Part shown: positions 57,304 through 64,000 of the stretch, in pieces
Numbering within the stretch: position 1 is the stretch's first letter
Layout of the letters: every line of letters starts with the position of its first letter
NCBI GenBank assembly: GCA_043228905.1
Contig: JBHGNT010000009.1
Location: forward strand, 3,782,001 to 3,846,000
DNA: 64,000 nucleotides
Reading direction: 5' to 3'
Source: Azolla caroliniana
Lineage: Eukaryota > Plantae > Polypodiophyta
Position numbers and translations under genes: made by a program
Notes under the pieces: model-generated
What the model saw: the letters and a program-made list of their open reading frames with translations, nothing else
Told to the model about the DNA's origin: nothing
The model's database searches: none

Positions 57304-60300
57304 ATGAATACTCAAATGGGGAGCGCTCTTCCTAGTGAGAAGTTGGACCGAAACAACTTCACATCTTGGGAGTACAAGATGATGCACCAATACCTTGTCG
57401 GCCAAGGCTATTGGGGTTACATCAAGGGAGCACAAGAAAACCGACCCGACCCGGAAGATGCCGACTATGCAACATGGGAGCAAGTGGCAAGTCGAGTGAT
57501 GTATTGCTTGGCGACATGTGTTCACGACCACATGCTCGAGTACATTCGAGAAGCCGAGATGCCGAAGGAAGCGTGGGAGAATCTACGAAAGATTTTCGGT
57601 GCCTACACTACCGCGAGAAAGCTTCAACTCTGCCAAGAGTTGAACAACATCCAACAAAGGGATATGTCCATCACAAGCTACACCTTGAAGATCAAGGAGC
57701 TTTGCGACTCGCTTGGCTGGATAAGCATCAATGTGGACGATGATGAGATGGTGCAAATATGCCTCGGCGGCCTTGTACCACGATTCGGCGCGATGTGGAC
57801 CGCCATACTAGCACGGGAAAATCCACCCTCCTTCGATCTTCAATCTATCTTGTTGGTCGTAAACCATGTTCGATCGAGGAGTAACGCCTCGGAAGGTCAC
57901 ATGCTCTATACGCATTCGGACGGAGGAAGAGGACGCGGTCGTGCAAGAAGAGGCCGATTCGGCTAAGGACGAGGCGGACGAGGCTTGACTTATGAAAACA
58001 ACTCGCAATTCCGGCATCAAGACGGAAGCCATCGAGGAAACTTCGGAAGAAGGGGGAACTTCCATTCTGGTCTAAACCGACAAAGCTCGGTCGAATGCGA
58101 ATATTGCGAAAAAATCGGTCACAACGAAGAAGAATGTCATAAGAAGATACGCAAGTCGGCTTCCACTAGCCGACAACTCACCAACTACACCATCAACTCC
58201 GACTATGACGATCACGACGGAATGTTCGTGATGAGACATAGCGCGAATTCAATGTCGACCTCTACTTCTACTAATGCCTCCGGTCCGGAAGACGTATGGT
58301 TCGTCAATTCCGATGCCTCGAACCATATGACGTCGCATCAAGAATGGTTCCGAGAACTTCGAGAACCGGACCAACCCGGCTATGTCGAAACCGGAGACGA
58401 CACTACGCACCCGATTCGGCACATCGGCAATGTTCCGTTTGGAGAAGAAGGTAAGCAAAATTATATTAAAAATGTCTTGCATGTACCAACTATCACGAAG
58501 AATTTGGCCTCCGTCGGCCAAATTGTAGAGCAAGGAATACAAGTACGATTTAATCAAGGCGGTTGCTTCATCGAAAAAGAGGGCCAACTCATTGCTCACG
58601 GACGAAGAGAGGGCCGAATGTTCATTCTCGACTCACACGAGATGAAATCGGCCATGTTCGCAAAGGGCATGAAAGTCGATTCCAACATGGAGTTATGGCA
58701 CAAGCGGATTGGCCATATCAACCCCCAAAAGCTCAAGGCAATGCAATCGAAAGGAGTCGTCATTGGGCTCTCGACATTCACGGAGAAAGAGATTGAAGGC
58801 GTGTGTGCCGCTTGCCAATTCGGCAAGCAACATCGGCACCCATTTCCGAAGGAGCGAAACGTGAGCAAAGGCGTAATCGACGTAATTCATTCCGATGTAT
58901 GGGGTCCGGCTCAGACAACGACATTCGGCGGATGCCGATACTACGTGACCTTCATCGATGACTTCTTTAGGCACACTTGGATCTACCCGATGCGTCAAAA
59001 GAGCGAAGTGTTCGGACACTTCCAAAAATTCAAGAATGAAGTCGAGAAATCCACGAGCCGACATGTACGATGTCTTCGGTCGGATGGAGGCAAGGAATAT
59101 TTCTCAGATGAGTTTACGGTGTATCTACGGAAAGAAGGAATTCGGCGAGGGTTTTCGTGTCGACATACACCACAACAAAACGGAGTGGCCGAATGATAGA
59201 ATCGGCACATCCTCAAAGTAGCACGGGCCATGATGAACGAAAAGCATGTGCTAAAGTCGTATTGGGCAGAAGTGGCTAACACAGTCGTATACCTCATGAA
59301 TCGGTGTACGACATCGGGTGTGCACGAATTTACTCCGCACGAGAAGTTTTTCGGAAAGAAGCCGAACCTATCACATGTTCGGATATTCGGCTCCATTGCG
59401 TATGTGCACATCCCCGATGAGAAGCGACAAAAGCTCAACCCAAAGTCAGAGAAATGTATCCTCGTAGGATACTCACTGGAGCAAAAGGGGTACAAGTGCT
59501 ACAACCCCTCAACTCAAAAATCTCGAGTAAGTCGAGACGTCGTTTTCGACGAGTCCGCATCCTGGTACGCACCAGAGACAACTTCGACTTCGTTTTTGTT
59601 CGACCTGGATTCCACCGAAATAGAGATAGAAACCGAAGATCGACTCAGGCGCATGTTTGAAGAAAGCCCAATTACAACAAGGCTTAGTGGGCCACAAGAG
59701 CCCCCAATTGATCAAAGCACATCTCAGCCGAGTCCGAAGATGGACAAAGGGAAGGCGAAAATGCCAGATTATGAAGACGATCACTTCGATGGCAACGAAT
59801 CGACTCACTCCCTTGATAGTGAGTTTGAAGGATGAAGTGGAGAACGTCGTAGTATCCGCAAATGAGAAGCTCCGCCGATCCACCCGTCAAAAGAACCTCG
59901 TAAGCCGATTCGGCTACAACAATTATATGGCGTACCATTACGCTTTTATGATGTACGGGAGCCGGAAACATTTTCCGAAGCTGCGACAGACCCCAGATGG
60001 ATTGAAGCGATGAATGAGGACATGCAAGCACTCTCCAAGAACGAGACATGGGATCTCATTCCCCACTTACCGCACAAGAAGACAATTGGCTGCAAATGGA
60101 TCTACAAGGTGAAGTATAATGTCAACGGCTCCGTAAAGCATTACAAAGCTCGACTCGTAGCGAAAGGATACGCACAAACACATGGAGTCGACTATGAAGA
60201 GACCTTTGCCCCAATGGCAAAGATGACGACGGTGCAGACCGTGATCGCACTTGCAGCGGCAAAAGGGTGGCACCTCCACCAAATGGACGTCAAGAACGCC

Positions 60301-61622
60301 TTTCTTCAAGGCGAATTAGACGAGGAGGTGTACATGGTACAACCACCCGGCTTCAAATCGCGCATTCATCCAAAAGCCGTATGCCAACTCAAGAAGCCTC
60401 TCTACGGCCTCAAGCAAGCACCGCGTGCTTGGCATTCGAAGATTACGCAATATCTTCATCAAATCAGCTTTCAAATGTCAAAATCCGACAACTCCCTCTA
60501 CGTACGACACGACTCTAGAAGCCTTATTATCATCATCCTATACGTGGATGATCTGGCCATTGGAGGTGGAAGTCTAGTCGACATCAACAAGGTGAAGTTC
60601 CTCCTCTCTGACAAATTCGAGATGACGGACATGAAGGAGCTTCATTACTTCCTAGGCATCGAGGTAATTCGGACTCCGGTCGGCATTATGATCTCCCAAC
60701 GGCACTACATCCTCAACTTGTTATACAAATTCGGGATGACTCAGTGTAAATTTGTGGCAACCCCTCTCGATCGAAACCTTAAATTGGATGTTGACTCCAG
60801 CACAGAAGAGTGTGAGTCGACCCAATATCGTCAACTCATCGGGAGCCTCATCTATCTCACGATCACTCGACCCGACCTTAGCTATCCAGTTGGACTCCTT
60901 AGCCAATTCATGCAAACTCCGCGATATATCCATTTCGATTGCGTTAAGCGAGTATTACGATACGTGAGCGGCACAGTGGATTACGGCGTTCACTACGCAT
61001 CGACCACACCAATACGACTCGAAGGGTACATAGATGTGGACTGGGCAGGCTACAAAACCGATTGACGATCGACCTCCGGATTCTCTTCTCACTCGGTAGT
61101 GGAGCAATATCTTCGAGTAGTAAGAAGTAGCTTACCTTCGCACTTTCAAGTATGGAGGCCGAATACAAGGGCGCATCCGTAGCTGCATGTGAAGCCGTAT
61201 GGCTCAAGAGGATTTTGAAGGATCTGGACGTCCCCATCAAGGATCCGACTCCCATTTACTGCGACAACATGAGCAGTATATATCTGGCTCGGAACCCGGT
61301 GTTCCACGCACGCACAAAGCATATTGAAGTGCACTATCACTTCATTCGAGAGCGCGTACAAGGCGGAGATGTCAACCTTCAACACATCAACACGAATCTT
61401 CAGACAGCTGACATCTTCACCAAAGCCTTAGGAGCTGACAAGCTTCGGCAATTCATGTCAGACCTCGAATTCATGATTCTTGACTTGCCAAGCTTGAGGG
61501 GGAGTACAAGTGAGAACCAGATATCGTCTGAACCGGGTACGAGCCGAAGCGAACACTGGAGATTGTCTGAACCGGATACCAGCCAAAGCGGACATCAATC
61601 AAAAGGAACCGACCCGAGTTGA
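57304..61622 (+). pseudogene. Gag-pol of the outer Copia with multiple stops and frameshifts
   Basis: ORFs 57304-57966, 57985-59196, 59230-59835, 60010-61065 and 61152-61622 carry gag, IN (RSDGGKEY), RT (LYVDD) and RH motifs. Confidence 0.92.
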
Positions 61623-61911
61623 GCTTGAGGGGGCGTGTTGAGAATCAAGCTCAAGATAGTGCAACGTATGAACACACCTTTTGAGAATCCATGATTACTC
61701 AAAAGTCAAGAGTCACACCACTACTCTCTACACATTAACTATGTGTCATAGAATCATATTTTATGACACATAACTAATGAGTTACATATTCCCCATGACT
61801 ATGAGTCTTCACATTCCCCAAGAGAGAGAGTGGTTGTTGTAAAGTTAATTAAGAGAGAGGTGACTCTATATAAAGCATCCTCCTCATACTTCATACTGAG
61901 TCGGTTGTGAC

Positions 61912-64000
61912 TAGCAATGGGCCCGGTTCGGTTTCGGTTCGGTTCGGTTTTTTGGCCTTGAAACCAAACCAAACCAAACCGTTTCTACATTTTGAAGCCA
62001 TTTAAACCAAACCGTTTTGAGCCGAACCGTTTAAACCGAACCGTTTAAGAAGTATGAGAAACCAAACCATTTAAGCCAAACCGTTTTGGACCAATTTAGA
62101 ACCAAACCAAACCGTTTGTACAAAAATCAGAACCAAACCAAACCATTTATGAAAAAACCAAAACCAAACCAATCCAAACCAGAGCAAGAAAAACAGAAAT
62201 TTAGACATTTTAAATGTTTTTTGAAGAAGAATACCATAATAAACAGAAATTTTCTGACATTAAAGTTTTGTGGAGAATATATAGATAATACACAAAAAAC
62301 TAAAATCCCAGAGCTTATGACCATCAATCGATCATATACAGTTCACGTCAGCATTTAAGTTTGTATCCACCATTTACAACAAAGCCAAAAATATAAGATA
62401 AATGTGAAAAACTTCTACATAAACCAATGTTCCTCTTTTAGTTTCCAATGTTTACTTTCAGCTTGAATTACCGATTCTTGGAAGTATAAAATATGTAAAA
62501 GAAGTAATTAGTAATAAAATAATAAAATAAAAATAAATTCGTAAAAGTATGCACTAAGAAATTACAATGTCTTCAAGGATCTCCAATTGCAACTTGCATT
62601 TCATGGACTTGTGAAAAAGTATCATGATTCCTGTTCCATGCACATATAAAAAACATCAAATAAGTGAAAAACTAGTAATGAAAAATAAACTTAAAGAATG
62701 AATTAAAAGGTATGCACACCTTATCTCCCATGATTATCACGTAACATGTAATCTATTACCTCGTCTTCACGAGCAAGATCATCTAGATTAAATTTAAGTT
62801 CTTCATAAGCCATGTGAAAGTTATCTGTTATTTGAATATTCGATTCTCGCAAAACTTGCAGCCATGATCGAATACACATTTCAGCCTTGAATGTGTATGA
62901 ATGTAGTTTGATCCTATCATCAAAGGTCATTTTTGCTGCTGAATTTGCCTCTTCCGCAGGTACTGATGATGCTGGTATAGCAAGGTAATCACATGCCATC
63001 CTATACAATTTTGGCATTGCAGATTTATTATCATGCCACCATTGTAAAGGATCCTTGTCTGTGCTAGCTAAAGGAAGTCTTATAAACTGCTCAATTTCAG
63101 ATCGTGAATCAGAAATAAGACTTTTATTCTGTACACCCATTAACCTCCAAATTTTTAGAGTTATTATCAATAGGTTGTATTGTGGTTGAAGGTGGCTCAA
63201 CACCACTCGAGAATGAGTGGTAATGGGACTCAATCATGCCTTCAACCAACTTAAGATCTAACTCTTTTTCGATATGGTCATTTGAAATAGGCAATCTAAA
63301 AAGGAATGAAAAATATTATTAAACTCAAATAACATATTAGAAAGCATGAAGACAATTGTAAATCTTAAAGGAAAGTATTACCTGGGATCAAGAAACATTG
63401 CAATGCGCGATGGAATAGACTTTAACGATTCTTGATACTTAATTAAATATTGTAAGCAGTTCTCAAACGCATTTTGAAGCACCGCTTGTGTGAATCTAGA
63501 TGATCCCGGAGGTGAAGAATCTAAAAACTGATTACAATGATTAAGTAAACAATTATACGCTAGTGATGCTAGTGATAATGTAGGATATCTTGATCCTCCT
63601 AGAAAGGTAGAAACCTCTGCAGGTGTTTCTAACCATTCCTCCATAGCATGTATGTGACTCCAATCTTCTACAGTCAAGGCATAACCATTGAAATCACTTG
63701 AAATTGTTAGATCTGAAATTGTAAAGTTCAATATATCTCTATCCTTGATAGCTTGCCTAAACATCTCTAAAGTAGAATTCCATCTTGTAACAACATCAAG
63801 CCTTGGAGGTTCCTTTTCACGATGTTCAACCATCTTAGCATACTTCCTAAACACTTCCCTTCGAACCTTGCTAGATCTAATAATTTGGAGCACTGTTCTC
63901 AACTTTTCTGTTGAGGGTGAGATAATCTCTAATGCTGACTTGATGCCCAATTGAAAAGTGTGCACCATACACCTTAACATGTGTGATGGAGCTAAAATTT
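61912..64000 (-). mobile_element. hAT-superfamily DNA transposon, 3' part; continues beyond the window
   Basis: Begins TAGCAATGGG exactly where LTR identity stops. Dense AAACC(G/A) subterminal repeats at 61925-62180. Confidence 0.88.
62721..63980 (-). CDS. hAT transposase, intron-containing and partial
   Basis: RCMVHTFQL, DVVTRWNST, YPTLS and FLDPR, plus the dimerisation domain DPLQWW..LYRMACDYLAIPASSVPAE; probable intron at ~63298-63381. Confidence 0.9.

Larger units (their letters stand above)
51106..61911 (+). mobile_element. Copia element with a nested Copia in its 5' UTR and a 3' LTR cut by a hAT transposon
   Basis: 5' LTR 51106-51556 followed by a degenerate PBS (TGGTAT); 3' LTR 61636-61911 (truncated); gag-pol relic at 57304-61622. 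Confidence 0.9.

Noticed and set aside
61925-62180. Telomeric repeat
   Set aside because: The motif is irregular AAACC(G/A), not TTTAGGG, and is explained as hAT subterminal repeats.

Overview
Repeat-rich nuclear DNA of a land plant, probably a fern or other non-seed plant. This is inferred from the PLS-class PPR gene and the transposon content. About 85% is nested transposable elements: an Athila/Tat-like Ty3 element containing a young Ty1/Copia, two LINE relics (one split by a tRNA-Trp-primed Ty3 element and two solo LTRs), nested and tandem Copia elements, tRNA-derived SINE-like repeats and a hAT transposon. The only clear host gene is a 771-aa PPR protein. The standout is positions 1 to ~8760, an AT-rich putative DNA transposon with two divergent genes. 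The first is a six-exon gene, whose GT-AG splicing I reconstructed by hand, encoding a ParB/Srx-like domain fused to a prokaryote-type beta-class amino (N6-adenine/N4-cytosine) DNA methyltransferase. The second is a Sola-like DDD/E transposase with a possible BAH/Tudor-like C-terminus. The first intron of the methyltransferase gene holds about 14 copies of a 51-bp unit made of a 43-bp palindrome plus an invertible 8-bp spacer. Both genes are frameshifted in this copy. No database searches were run; family names come from motif recognition.
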